NCBI GenBank assembly: GCA_963779315.1
Contig: CAVZXQ010000003.1
Coordinates: forward strand, 162,447-226,446
Source: an uncultured Chloroflexia bacterium
Lineage (GTDB): Bacteria; Chloroflexota; Limnocylindria; Limnocylindrales; CSP1-4
Length of the DNA: 64,000 nucleotides
Reading direction: 5' to 3'
The notes beneath the pieces were generated by a model. It did no database searches and was not told where the DNA came from. It saw nothing but the letters and a program-made list of their open reading frames with translations. The position numbers and the translations under genes are program-made. Shown here in pieces: positions 22,028 through 31,540 of the stretch (positions are counted from its first letter, which is position 1; each line of letters begins with the position of its first letter).

Positions 22028-23308
22028 TCAGCCTCCGGGCTGGAACCTGACGGTGGACAGGAAGCCCTTGAGCAGGGGCACCTCATCGGGTCGCCAGGCC
22101 GAGAAGACGTGGACCTGATCGCCGATGAACACGAATGCCTGGGAGGCGTCGCAGGCGTCTGGATTGAGCAGGCCCGGCTGACCGTCGACGGTGATCGCCT
22201 CGAACTGGTCGATCGGGGTGCAGCCGGTGGTCGGCGAACCGTCGCTGTGCGGTGCGTTGTACGCGGCGAGCCAGTCCTCGTTCGACATGCCTGCGGGGAC
22301 GGGCGCCGTGAACGCCGTGACCCCGATCTGGTACGCCGCACCGGTGTCGAGGAAGCCGTCGGCGGCCTTGGTCCGCTCGAGTTCGTCCGGTCGGCCTCGA
22401 GCGACCAGTCGCTCGTCGCAGGCGTCGCGGTCCAGTCGGCGGGTAGGACAGGTCGTACCCGTACCGATCCGATGAGAAGGGAAGCCAGTCGGACGTGTCG
22501 GGCTGGAACCTGACGGTGGACAGGAAGCCCTTGAGCAGGGGCACCTGATCGGCTCGCCAGACCGAGAAGACGTGGACCCGATCGCCGATGAACACGAACG
22601 CCTGGGAGGCGTTGCAGGCGTCTGGATTGAGCAGGCCCGGCTGGCCGTCGACGGTGATGGCCTCGAACTTGTCGATCGGCGTGCAGCCGGTGGGATCGCC
22701 AGTGCTGTCCGGCGCGTTGTACGCGGCGAGCCAATCCTCGTTCGACATGCCGCGGGGACGGGCGCCGAGAACGCCGTGACCCCGATCTCGTACGCCGCAC
22801 CGGGCTCGATGAAGATGTCGGCGGCCTTGGTCAGCGATCTCGTTGTCCGGTCGGCCTCGAGCGACCAGTCGCTCGTCGCAGGCGTCGCGGTCCAGGTCGG
22901 CGGGTAGGACAGGTCGTACCCGTACCGATCCGAGGAGAAGGGAAGCCATGCGGTCGTGTCGACCGGCGCCGCAGCGACCGGCGAGGGCGAGGTCGCCGCC
23001 GACGGCGCGGCGGATGGTGCGGCAGTGGTGGGCGACGCCGTCGCACCGCCCACGTCCGACCCGGAGGCAGGCGGTTTGATGAGGAACGCGCCACCCAGGA
23101 CGACGGCGACGACCGCCGTCGCCGCGAGGGCGAACTTGGGAGCTGTGGTCATGTCGAAGTACCTCCACGGCGCGCGCATGGCGCGCCGACGTTGGGTGGT
23201 CGTGGGGATGGCGACGGAGATCGCGCGGCGGGTCTGGTCGGGGAGCCGGGTAGGCCCTTCGTCCAGCCACGCGGACAGGATCTCGTCGGGATCGCGTGGT
23301 GTCGTCAT
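22028..23308 (-). CDS. Putative anti-sigma factor 3, single TM, with tandem-duplicated C-terminal domain (frameshifted)
   Basis: WLDEGP...TTQ...PWR motif, TM helix, two copies of WLPFSSDRYGYDLSYPP...FLSTVRFQP. Confidence 0.75.
   Translation of the reverse strand: MTTPRDPDEILSAWLDEGPTRLPDQTRRAISVAIPTTTQRRRAMRAPWRYFDMTTAPKFALAATAVVAVVLGGAFLIKPPASGSDVGGATASPTTAAPSAAPSAATSPSPVAAAPVDTTAWLPFSSDRYGYDLSYPPTWTATPATSDWSLEADRTTRSLTKAADIFIEPGAAYEIGVTAFSAPVPAACRTRIGSPRTTRRTALAIPPAARRSTSSRPSPSTASRACSIQTPATPPRRSCSSAIGSTSSRSGEPIRCPCSRASCPPSGSSPTRPTGFPSHRIGTGTTCPTRRLDRDACDERLVARGRPDELERTKAADGFLDTGAAYQIGVTAFTAPVPAGMSNEDWLAAYNAPHSDGSPTTGCTPIDQFEAITVDGQPGLLNPDACDASQAFVFIGDQVHVFSAWRPDEVPLLKGFLSTVRFQPGG
22036..22961. 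repeat. Tandem direct repeat, 2 x about 463 bp
   Basis: Units start at 22036 and 22499 with identical CGGGCTGGAACCTGACGGTGGACAGG and align throughout. Confidence 0.95.
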
Positions 23309-23857
23309 GCCGGTCGTGCCTCCGTGGATGTCGACCTGGCTGTCGGCGACGATCGCCGCGCGCAGGGTTCGAGTGGCGTAGTGCAGCCGGGACTTGACCG
23401 TCCCGACCGGGACACCGACGACGTCGGCGATCTCGGCGAGCGGCAGCCCGGCGTGGTGGTGCAGGACGAAGACCGAGCGATGTTCCGGGGTCAGCCGGAG
23501 GAAGGCTCGATCCAGTGTGTCCCGGTCGTCGACCGAGACGGTGGTGTCGGGTCCGCCCGGTCCGTCGACCGGCAGACTCCTGATCCTGGTGGCCCAGCGC
23601 CGATGCCGGCGCAACTCCTCGTAACAGGCGTTCACGAGGAGCCGATGGAGCCACGGGCCGAAACGCTCCGGATCGCGCAGCCGTGGGAGTTCCCGCCAGG
23701 CGAGGAGGAATGCCTGCTGGACGGCGTCCTGCGCCCGCTCCGCATCCCGGACGATCCGGTATGCGATGGCGTAGCAGCGGTCACCTTCCAGGTCGACGAG
23801 CTCGGAGAAGGCGACATCGTCGCCACCCTTCGCCCGTTCGACCAGCCTCGTCCGCAT
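23305..23857 (-). CDS. ECF RNA polymerase sigma factor 3
   Basis: AQDAVQQ, FGPWLHRLL and GVPVGTVKSRLHYA. Confidence 0.92.
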
Positions 23858-24051
23858 GTGCGGTCACTCCCGACGGCGCCCGAATGGACGCTTCACCCGG
23901 TGCAGATGGTCGCACCCGCCTGAAGGTTCAATGACGCCCTACGGGACGCACTGACCTCGCATGGTGCCTGCCGGAACCGGACCACGGGCGCGAGATGGTC
24001 GGGACGACCGAGGCATTCCCTCGGACCATCTCACGGCCTCACGATGAGCGG

Positions 24052-25571
24052 ATGGATGCCCACGTTCGAGCCGGGCGCGCTCCGATGGTGGCGCTCGCTT
24101 CGATCCTGCTAGTCGGCCTGGTGGCACCGTCGCTGGTCGCCGCCGCCACCGACACGGATCACGACGGGCTGCCGAACGACTGGGAGCGAACGGCGTCGCG
24201 GACGAACCCCAGCAAGTCGGACACCGACGGTGACGGCCTCGCCGACAACTACGAGGATCCCGACCACGACTCCCTGACCAATCGGATGGAGTGGCTCGCG
24301 GGCACGAACCCGCTCAAGGCGGACACCAACGGGAACGGCATCACCGATGGGCGCGAGGATCCCGACCGCGACGGCCTTCGCAACTGGTTCGAGTTCTCGG
24401 CCGGCACCTCGACGAAACGAGCCGACAGCGACGGCGACGGCAAGGCGGACGGCTACGAGAACCCCGACAACGATGGTCTCGGCAACCGAACCGAGCAGGG
24501 CCTGTTGACGAAGCCGCGGGCGTATGACACGGATCGCGATGGCTGGTCGGACGGCGCGGAGGTCAAGGCGAAGACGGACCCCCGAAGCGCGTCGAGTCAC
24601 CCGACCGCCCCGACGCCCACGCCTAGCCCGACGCCCACGCCAAGCCCGGCCCCGACGCCACGCCAGCCCGACGCCCAGCCAGCCCGGCCCCGACGCCCTC
24701 CCGACCCCGACACCCGCACCAGGCACCGCGCCGGTCCTGCCGGGGGCCACGAGCTGCACCGTCTTCCCGTCCTCGAACGTCTGGAACGTGCCGATCGATG
24801 CGCGACCGGTGGCGTCGAACTCGGCCACGCTGATCTCGACCATCGGGCTGACGACCGGCCTGCACATGGACTTCGGGTCCTTCGCGGGCTACGGGATCCC
24901 GTGGCAGATCGTGTCGGCGACGACACCGCGGTCGTCGGTCACCTTCGACTACGACGACGAGTCCGATCACGTCGACTACCCGATCCCGGCCAGTCCGCTC
25001 ATCGAGGGCGGCCCGGACCGGCACATCCTGCTGGTGGACAAGGATGCGTGCCGCCTGTACGAGCTGTACGACGCCCGCAAGGTCGGCAGCGCATGGCTGG
25101 CCGGAAGCGGGGCGACCTGGGACCTCAGCTCGAACGCCCTGCGCCCCGCCGGATGGACCAGCGCCGACGCGGCCGGCCTGCCGATCCTGCCCGGGCTCGT
25201 CCGCTACGACGAGGTCGCCGCCGGCCGGATCCTGCACGCCCTGCGGTTCACGACCGACCGGACCCGGACCAGCTACGTCTATCCGGCGCTGCACCAGGCC
25301 GGAGAGTCGTCGTCCGACGTCACTGCCGCCGATGGGACTGCGCGTTCGCCTGAAGGCGGCCTACGACACGAGCGGCCTGTCACCGCAGGCGCGCGTCATC
25401 GCCGAGGCCCTCAAGCGCTACGGGATGATCCTCGCCGACAACGGTTCGGACTGGTATGTCTCGGGTGCCAGCGATCCCCGCTTCGACGATGACGTGCTGC
25501 ACGAACTCGACGCCATCACCGGTCGCGATCTCGAGGTCGTCGACACGACCGGTCTGGTCAACGGACCGTAG
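24052..25571 (+). CDS. Secreted protein: DxDxDG Ca-binding-like repeats, PT linker and uncharacterised C-terminal domain (frameshifted)
   Basis: Signal peptide ending VAAA; roughly 34-aa repeats TNP..DTDGDG..D..ED.D.D; SPTPTP linker. Confidence 0.75.
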
Positions 25572-25580
25572 TCCGCGGGC

Positions 25581-26024
25581 TCAGGGCTTCTCCAGCCCCG
25601 AGAGTGGATCGATCAGCCGCAGACCCGGGAAACGCGAGAAGTCCCGATCAGTCGTGGCGAGCGTCGCCCCGTGTTCGATGGCGAGGGCGGCGAGGTGGGC
25701 ATCCATCAGGAGTGGCCCTCGCGCTTGACCTTTCGTTGCGACAGCCTCCATCGCGCTCCAGTGTCGGTCGGTCGGCGCCACCGCCCGCACGTTGGGGTGA
25801 TCGAGCCACGATCTGATGATCCCGATGGCCGTCGCGGTCGAGAGCGGCTCACGATGCAGCCGGGCGTCGGTGGAGATCCGAAGGAACGCTAGGAGCGTCA
25901 CCATCGCGAACCCGACCGGTTCGGATCCACCGATGCGGGCCTCGAGCCAGGACCGCGCTGCCGCATGTCGCGGATCCTGCTCGTTGTAGGCGTAGATCAC
26001 GAGGTTCGCATCGACCAGGATCAC
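25581..26024 (-). CDS. vapC: VapC-family PIN-domain toxin
   Basis: ILVDANLVIYA, DAHLAALAIEHG and TTDRDFSRF. Confidence 0.92.
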   Translation of the reverse strand: MILVDANLVIYAYNEQDPRHAAARSWLEARIGGSEPVGFAMVTLLAFLRISTDARLHREPLSTATAIGIIRSWLDHPNVRAVAPTDRHWSAMEAVATKGQARGPLLMDAHLAALAIEHGATLATTDRDFSRFPGLRLIDPLSGLEKP

Positions 26025-26263
26025 CGTCGATCCGGCCCATCAAGGCGATCCAGCAATCCTTCGATGTCATCGAAGTCGAACCCGGGTCGGGTGCCAAGGT
26101 CGAACGGCGTCACGACGAAGGGCGTCGGTTCCGGCTTCCGTTGCAGACCATGGCGCAACGCGTCATTGATGACCGCCTTGAAGGAGTGTCCTGTTCGGCG
26201 CACCTCGCGCTGGATATCGGACATGACATCGTCCTCGAGGGTCACCGTCGTTCTCACTGACAC
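26021..26263 (-). CDS. vapB: VapB-family RHH antitoxin
   Basis: RTTVTLEDDV...SFKAVINDALRHGL; overlaps vapC start; palindrome CATCATGATG at 26286-26295 upstream. Confidence 0.85.
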   Translation of the reverse strand: MSVRTTVTLEDDVMSDIQREVRRTGHSFKAVINDALRHGLQRKPEPTPFVVTPFDLGTRPGFDFDDIEGLLDRLDGPDRR

Positions 26264-26429
26264 ATCGTGAAGGTTACTCACAACGCATCATGATGTCCAT
26301 GCTGGTCTCGTGCTCATGACTGCGAGCATCGCAGCCGGCGCTCATCCGGGACATATCCATGGCTCGCCTGGCCCGGATCGAGCCGTTCCCGTCGCGCACG
26401 AGCCCGCCAAGTCGCGCATCATTGCCACC

Positions 26430-27188
26430 ATGACGACCCTCAGGGAACGCGTGCTCGGCGGAGAAACGACCTTCGGCTCGTGGCTGTCCATGGGATCGCC
26501 CGTCGCTGCGGAGATCGCCGGCCAGGCCGGCTTCGACTGGCTGGTGATCGACACCGAGCATGGGATGAGCACGGAGGCGGACATCCTGCCCCAGCTCCAC
26601 GCCATCGGGACGACGGGGGCGACCGCGCTCGTTCGGATCGAACGCAGCGACCGGCTGCGGGTCTCCCGTGCGCTCGACCTTGGCGCCGGGGGGCTGGTCG
26701 TCCCGAGGGTGGACGGTGCGGATGACGTGGCGCAGGCACTGACCTGGATGCGCTTCCCGCCGGCCGGCCAGCGCGGTGTGGCCCTCGGCGGCCGTGGTCA
26801 GGGCTTCGGGCGGGTGAGCCACGCCGAGATCGGGACGCTGAACGACGTGGTCCTCGGGGTGTTCCAGATCGAGAACGCGTCTGCGGTGGCCGATGCGGCC
26901 GAGATCGCGGCATTGCCCGGTGCCGACGTCCTGTTCGTCGGACCGGCGGACCTGTCGCATGCCCTCGGCGTCCCGGGCCGCTTCACGGATCCGACCTACC
27001 TCACCGCGCTCGATGTCGTCGTCGCGGCCTGCGATGCGCAGGGCAAGGCGGCGGGGATCCTCCTGTACGACCCGGCGGCGATCGCTCCGCACCTCGAGCG
27101 TGGGTTCCGGTTCATCGGCCTTGGCTCGGATGGCGGCTTCGTGATGGGTGGCGCGAAGGCGATGCTCGCGGCAGCGGGTCGCGCCTGA
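26430..27188 (+). CDS. HpcH/HpaI aldolase family protein
   Basis: GFDWLVIDTEHG, FQIE and LFVGPADLS. Confidence 0.92.
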   Translation: MTTLRERVLGGETTFGSWLSMGSPVAAEIAGQAGFDWLVIDTEHGMSTEADILPQLHAIGTTGATALVRIERSDRLRVSRALDLGAGGLVVPRVDGADDVAQALTWMRFPPAGQRGVALGGRGQGFGRVSHAEIGTLNDVVLGVFQIENASAVADAAEIAALPGADVLFVGPADLSHALGVPGRFTDPTYLTALDVVVAACDAQGKAAGILLYDPAAIAPHLERGFRFIGLGSDGGFVMGGAKAMLAAAGRA

Positions 27189-27231
27189 CTCTCGCGGGCC
27201 GCCCATGTCGCCGACGGGCTACAATCGGCCC

Positions 27232-27744
27232 GTGAGCGAACTGTCCGAGGCTGCCGTCATGGGTCGCGCTCCGGCCGTCGTCGGGGAGTCACTCCGCGTC
27301 CTGAGCCGCCGCCAGCCGCTGACCGTGCCGCCCGGTACATCCCTGGCCGAGTGCATCCGCGCCATCCAGCGCACCGGGACCGGCGACTCCGTGTTCGTGC
27401 TGGACGCGGATGGACGCCTGGCCGGGGTCCTGACGGAGCGTGACGTCTTCGACCGCCTGGTGGGGACGGACGTGGGACATGGCGTGGACGTCGATGCGCC
27501 CGTCGAAGCCTTCATGAACACGAAGCCCAACACCCTGCGCCTCGAGCAGACCGTCCTGGACGCACTCGTGCTGATGCAGTCGCGCCGCTTCCGTAACGTC
27601 CCCCTGGTGGACGACGATGGGCGCCTCGTCGGGGTCGTCCGCCAGGTCGACATCCTCAAGTTCTTCGCCGAGTCGTTTCCCGAGGAGCTGCTCAACCTCC
27701 CACCCCGACCGCATCAGCGCATCGAGCAGGCCGAAGGCGGATGA
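27232..27744 (+). CDS. CBS-domain protein
   Basis: Two CBS motifs (GRLAGVLTERD, FRNVPLVDDDGRLVGVV). Confidence 0.9.
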   Translation: MSELSEAAVMGRAPAVVGESLRVLSRRQPLTVPPGTSLAECIRAIQRTGTGDSVFVLDADGRLAGVLTERDVFDRLVGTDVGHGVDVDAPVEAFMNTKPNTLRLEQTVLDALVLMQSRRFRNVPLVDDDGRLVGVVRQVDILKFFAESFPEELLNLPPRPHQRIEQAEGG

Positions 27745-29609
27745 CGACACCCCGGGAGACCGAGCGCGAGAGCCAGCTGCTCGATCGGGTCACCATCCGG
27801 TTCGCCGGCGACTCCGGCGACGGCATGCAGCTCACGGGGACCCAGTTCACCCGCACCACGGCCGTCTTCGGCAACGACGTCAGCACGTTCCCGGACTACC
27901 CGGCCGAGATCCGCGCACCGGCCGGCTCGCTGCCCGGCGTGTCCGGGTTCCAGATCAGCTTCTCGGCGTCGGACATCCACACCCCGGGTGACGCGCCGGA
28001 CGTGCTGGTCGCGATGAACCCGGCCGCGCTCAAGACGAGCCTCCCGGACCTGCCCGCGGGCGGCGCCGTGATCGTCAACTCGGACGCCTTCACGCCCGGC
28101 AACCTGGCCAAGGCCGCCTACGCCTCCAACCCGCTCACGGACGGCTCGCTCAAGGCGTACAAGGTCTTCGAGGTCCCGATCGGCACGCTCAACGCCCGGG
28201 CGCTCGAGGGTCTCGACATGACCAGCAAGCAGACCGACCTGACGAAGAACTTCTTCGCCCTCGGCCTGATGTTCTGGCTCTACGAGCGCTCGATGGAGCC
28301 CACCGTCGAGTGGATCAACCAGAAGTTCTCCGGCCGGGCCATCGTCGTCGAGGCCAACACCCGGGCGCTCAAGGCCGGTTACTCCTACGGCGACACCACC
28401 GAGATGTTCCACACCACGTACCGGGTGCCGAAGGCGACGCTGGCTCCCGGCACGTATCGCAACATCACGGGCAACGAGGCGACGGCCCTGGGCTTCCTCG
28501 CCGCCGCGACGGCCGCGAAGCGGGACCTGTTCTACGGCTCATACCCGATCACGCCGGCGACGGACATCCTCCAGCAGCTCGCCGGCTACAAGTCGTTCGG
28601 CGTGCGGACCTTCCAGGCCGAGGACGAGATCGCCGCGATCGGGGCGGCGATCGGTGCGGCGTACGGTGGCGCCCTGGCGCTCACCGGCACCTCCGGACCC
28701 GGCCTCGCATTGAAGTCCGAGGCGATGAACCTCGCGGTCATGACCGAGCTGCCGCTGGTCATCGTCAACGTGCAGCGCGCGGGGCCATCCACCGGCCTGC
28801 CCACCAAGGTGGAACAGGCGGACCTCATGCAGGTCCTGTACGGCCGAAACGGCGAGTCGCCGATGCCGGTCGTGGCACCGGCCACGCCCGCCGAGTGCTT
28901 CACCCTCGCCATCGAGGCGTCGCGCATCGCGCTCAAGTACATGACCCCGGTCGTGTACCTCTCGGACGCCTTCGTCGGCAACGGCGCCGAGCCGTGGCGG
29001 ATCCCGGACGTCGACGATCTCCCGGACATCGCCGTCCCGAACGCCGTCAAGGGCGAAGGGACATTCCTTCCGTACGGGCGGGACCCGGAAACACTCTCGC
29101 GCCCATGGGCCATCCCCGGCACGCCGGGCCTGGAGCATCGGATCGGCGGCCTCGAGAAGCTCGATGGTCTCGGCACGGTGAGCTACGACGCCGAGAACCA
29201 CCACCGGATGACCGTCGCGCGAGGGGCGAAGGTCGCGGGCATCGCTCGCGACATCCCGCCGCTCGAGACCTTCGGCGTCGATGAGGGCGAGTTGCTGATC
29301 CTTGGCTGGGGCTCCACCTACGGCGCGATCCGGAGCGCGACCGAGCTCCTGCTGGCTGAGGGCAAGTCCGTCGCGCACGCGCACCTGCGCTATCTCAACC
29401 CGTTCCCGGCGAACACCGGCGAGGTCCTCAAGCGCTACCGGACCGTCCTGGTGCCCGAGCTCAACCTCGGCCAGCTCTGGTTCGTGATCCGCGGTACCTA
29501 CCTGGTGGACGCCGTGAGCTACGGTCGAGTCCGTGGCAAGCCGTTCCGGATCGCCGAGATCGCCGCCGAGGCCGAACGGATCCTGGCCCACCAGGAGGTC
29601 GCCCGATGA
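27741..29609 (+). CDS. korA: 2-oxoacid:ferredoxin oxidoreductase alpha subunit
   Basis: FAGDSGDGMQLTG, YPITPA, QAEDEI and QRAGPSTGLPTK. Confidence 0.93.
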   Translation: MTTPRETERESQLLDRVTIRFAGDSGDGMQLTGTQFTRTTAVFGNDVSTFPDYPAEIRAPAGSLPGVSGFQISFSASDIHTPGDAPDVLVAMNPAALKTSLPDLPAGGAVIVNSDAFTPGNLAKAAYASNPLTDGSLKAYKVFEVPIGTLNARALEGLDMTSKQTDLTKNFFALGLMFWLYERSMEPTVEWINQKFSGRAIVVEANTRALKAGYSYGDTTEMFHTTYRVPKATLAPGTYRNITGNEATALGFLAAATAAKRDLFYGSYPITPATDILQQLAGYKSFGVRTFQAEDEIAAIGAAIGAAYGGALALTGTSGPGLALKSEAMNLAVMTELPLVIVNVQRAGPSTGLPTKVEQADLMQVLYGRNGESPMPVVAPATPAECFTLAIEASRIALKYMTPVVYLSDAFVGNGAEPWRIPDVDDLPDIAVPNAVKGEGTFLPYGRDPETLSRPWAIPGTPGLEHRIGGLEKLDGLGTVSYDAENHHRMTVARGAKVAGIARDIPPLETFGVDEGELLILGWGSTYGAIRSATELLLAEGKSVAHAHLRYLNPFPANTGEVLKRYRTVLVPELNLGQLWFVIRGTYLVDAVSYGRVRGKPFRIAEIAAEAERILAHQEVAR

Positions 29610-30655
29610 CCGAGACGGCAACAGGCCCCGCCCCGATCGACGGCGGCCTGATCAAGCTCACGCGCAAGGACTTCGTCGCCGACCAGGAAGTCCGGTGGTG
29701 CCCGGGCTGCGGTGACTACTCGATCCTCGCCCAGACCCAGAAGGTGATGCCCGACTTCGGCGTGCCGAAGGAGAACATCGTCTTCATCTCCGGGATCGGC
29801 TGTTCCGGTCGCCTGCCGTACTACATGAACACGTACGGGTTCCATTCGATCCACGGCCGGGCCCCGACGCTCGCCACCGGCCTCAAGCTGGCTCGACCGG
29901 ACCTGATGGTCTGGGTGATCACGGGCGACGGCGACGCGCTGTCCATCGGCGGCAACCACTTCCTGCACTCGATGCGTCGGAACGTGGACTTCACGATGAT
30001 CATGCACAACAACCGGATCTACGGCCTGACCAAGGGCCAGACTTCGCCCACCTCGGAATTCGGGAAGCGGACGAAGTCGACACCGATGGGCTCCGTGGAC
30101 CGGCCGGTCATGCCGCTCACGCTCGCGTTGGCCGCCGAGTCGACCTTCGTGGCGCGGACGGTGGACACCCACACCGAGCACCTGGCGCGGACGCTCGAGG
30201 CGGGCGGCCGACACCGCGGAGCGTCGTTCATCGAGGTCCTGCAGAACTGCAACATCTTCAATGACGGTGCCTGGCGCGACTTCACGGAGCGCGAGGTCCG
30301 TGACGACCGGATGCTGTTCCTGGAGCACGGCAAGCCACTCATCTACGGCAAGGACCGCACCAAGGGCATCCGCCTGCGCGGCCTCCATCCGGAGGTGGTG
30401 ACGATCGGGGAGGACGGGGTCACCGAGGCGGACCTGCTCGTCCACGATGCGCATGCCGAGGACCCGTACCTTGCCCTGATCCTGTCGCGGATGTTCTGGC
30501 CGGAGTTCCCGGTGCCGGTGGGGATCCTTCGCCAGCTGGACCAGCCCACGCACTCGGATCTCGTCGACGCCCAGATCGAGGCGGCCATCGCGAAGTCCGG
30601 TCCCGGCGACCTGCGCAAGGCGCTGATCGCCGGCGAGACCTGGACCGTGGAGTAG
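29606..30655 (+). CDS. korB: 2-oxoacid:ferredoxin oxidoreductase beta subunit
   Basis: WCPGCGD, SGIGCS and GDGD...NNRIYGLTKGQ TPP motif. Confidence 0.93.
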   Translation: MTETATGPAPIDGGLIKLTRKDFVADQEVRWCPGCGDYSILAQTQKVMPDFGVPKENIVFISGIGCSGRLPYYMNTYGFHSIHGRAPTLATGLKLARPDLMVWVITGDGDALSIGGNHFLHSMRRNVDFTMIMHNNRIYGLTKGQTSPTSEFGKRTKSTPMGSVDRPVMPLTLALAAESTFVARTVDTHTEHLARTLEAGGRHRGASFIEVLQNCNIFNDGAWRDFTEREVRDDRMLFLEHGKPLIYGKDRTKGIRLRGLHPEVVTIGEDGVTEADLLVHDAHAEDPYLALILSRMFWPEFPVPVGILRQLDQPTHSDLVDAQIEAAIAKSGPGDLRKALIAGETWTVE

Positions 30656-30659
30656 AACG

Positions 30660-31160
30660 ATGCTCTGTCCGAACTGCCAGCACGACAACTTCGAGGGCGA
30701 CGACAGCTGCGCCGAGTGCGGCGCCGACCTGTCCCTGTCCGATACGCCCCAGGCCCTCACGGACTATCACGACACGATCCTCGGCGACCATCTCGATGCC
30801 CTTGGGATCCAGGCTCCGACGATCGTCGAGCCGGACATGCCCGTCGCTGCCGCCATCCGGCTGATGCACGAGAGCGGCGTGGACTGCCTGATGGTCTGCG
30901 ACCACAGAGGCCTCGTCGGGATCTTCACGGACCGCGATGCCGAGGTGAAGGCGGTCGACAAGCGGCTGGGCCTGTTCCGGGTCCAGGACTTCATGACCCC
31001 TGACCCCGTGGTCCTGCGGCGCGAGGACACGCTCGCGGTCGCGATCCACAAGATGGCGGTCGGCGAGTTCCGCCACATCCCGATCGTCGATGATGGCCGC
31101 CCCATCGGCGTCGTGTCCGCCGCCGACGTCTTCCGGCACCTCGTCGCGTCACTCGGGTGA
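30660..31160 (+). CDS. Zinc-ribbon plus CBS-pair protein
   Basis: CPNC...CAECG followed by two CBS motifs. Confidence 0.88.
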   Translation: MLCPNCQHDNFEGDDSCAECGADLSLSDTPQALTDYHDTILGDHLDALGIQAPTIVEPDMPVAAAIRLMHESGVDCLMVCDHRGLVGIFTDRDAEVKAVDKRLGLFRVQDFMTPDPVVLRREDTLAVAIHKMAVGEFRHIPIVDDGRPIGVVSAADVFRHLVASLG

Positions 31161-31540
31161 CCCAGGACACGCACGCGGCCGCGCCGCGGATCGCGGTCCT
31201 CGCCGACGACCTGATCTGGGCGACGCGCCTTGCCGATGGCGTACGGGCCTCGGGTGCCTCGCCGATCCCGGCTCGAACCGCCGACGGGCTGGCGGGACTC
31301 CTGCCGAGCGTCGATCTCGTGGTCGTTGACCTGACCGCCCGCTCCTACGACGGCGTCGAGGCGATCGCCGCCGCCCGCGCTGGCGACCGGCCGGTCCTGG
31401 CGGTGGGGCAGCATGACGACCTGGAGCTGCGCCGCCGTGCGCTCGCCGCCGGTGCCGACCGGGTCTACGCCTATCGAAAGCTATTCGAGGACGGCCCGGC
31501 CACGTTGCGTGCCTGGATCGCGAAGGAGTTCCCGACATGA
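31157..31540 (+). CDS. Atypical single-domain receiver-like protein
   Basis: IAVLADD, LVVVDL and ALAAGAD receiver pattern. Confidence 0.7.
   Translation: MTQDTHAAAPRIAVLADDLIWATRLADGVRASGASPIPARTADGLAGLLPSVDLVVVDLTARSYDGVEAIAAARAGDRPVLAVGQHDDLELRRRALAAGADRVYAYRKLFEDGPATLRAWIAKEFPT

Noticed and set aside
22036-22961. Diversity-generating retroelement TR/VR pair
   Set aside because: No reverse transcriptase in the window, mismatches are not adenine-specific, and both copies are coding in one gene.
19700-23350. Apparent sigma/anti-sigma fusions (ORFs 18332-20740 and 22028-23857)
   Set aside because: Removing one base in each restores C-termini (EGRLA-stop, EARPA-stop) matching unfused ECF1 (ERLA-stop) with the same ATGA overlap. 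Reads should still be checked, since two of three show it.
23893-23904. 12-nt match TCACCCGGTGCA between the ECF3 upstream region and the inverted-repeat element
   Set aside because: Matches of this length are expected by chance in 64 kb of GC-rich DNA.
25581-26295. vapBC as marker of a mobile or defence island
   Set aside because: Ordinary solitary TA pair with no integrase, att sites or defence genes nearby.
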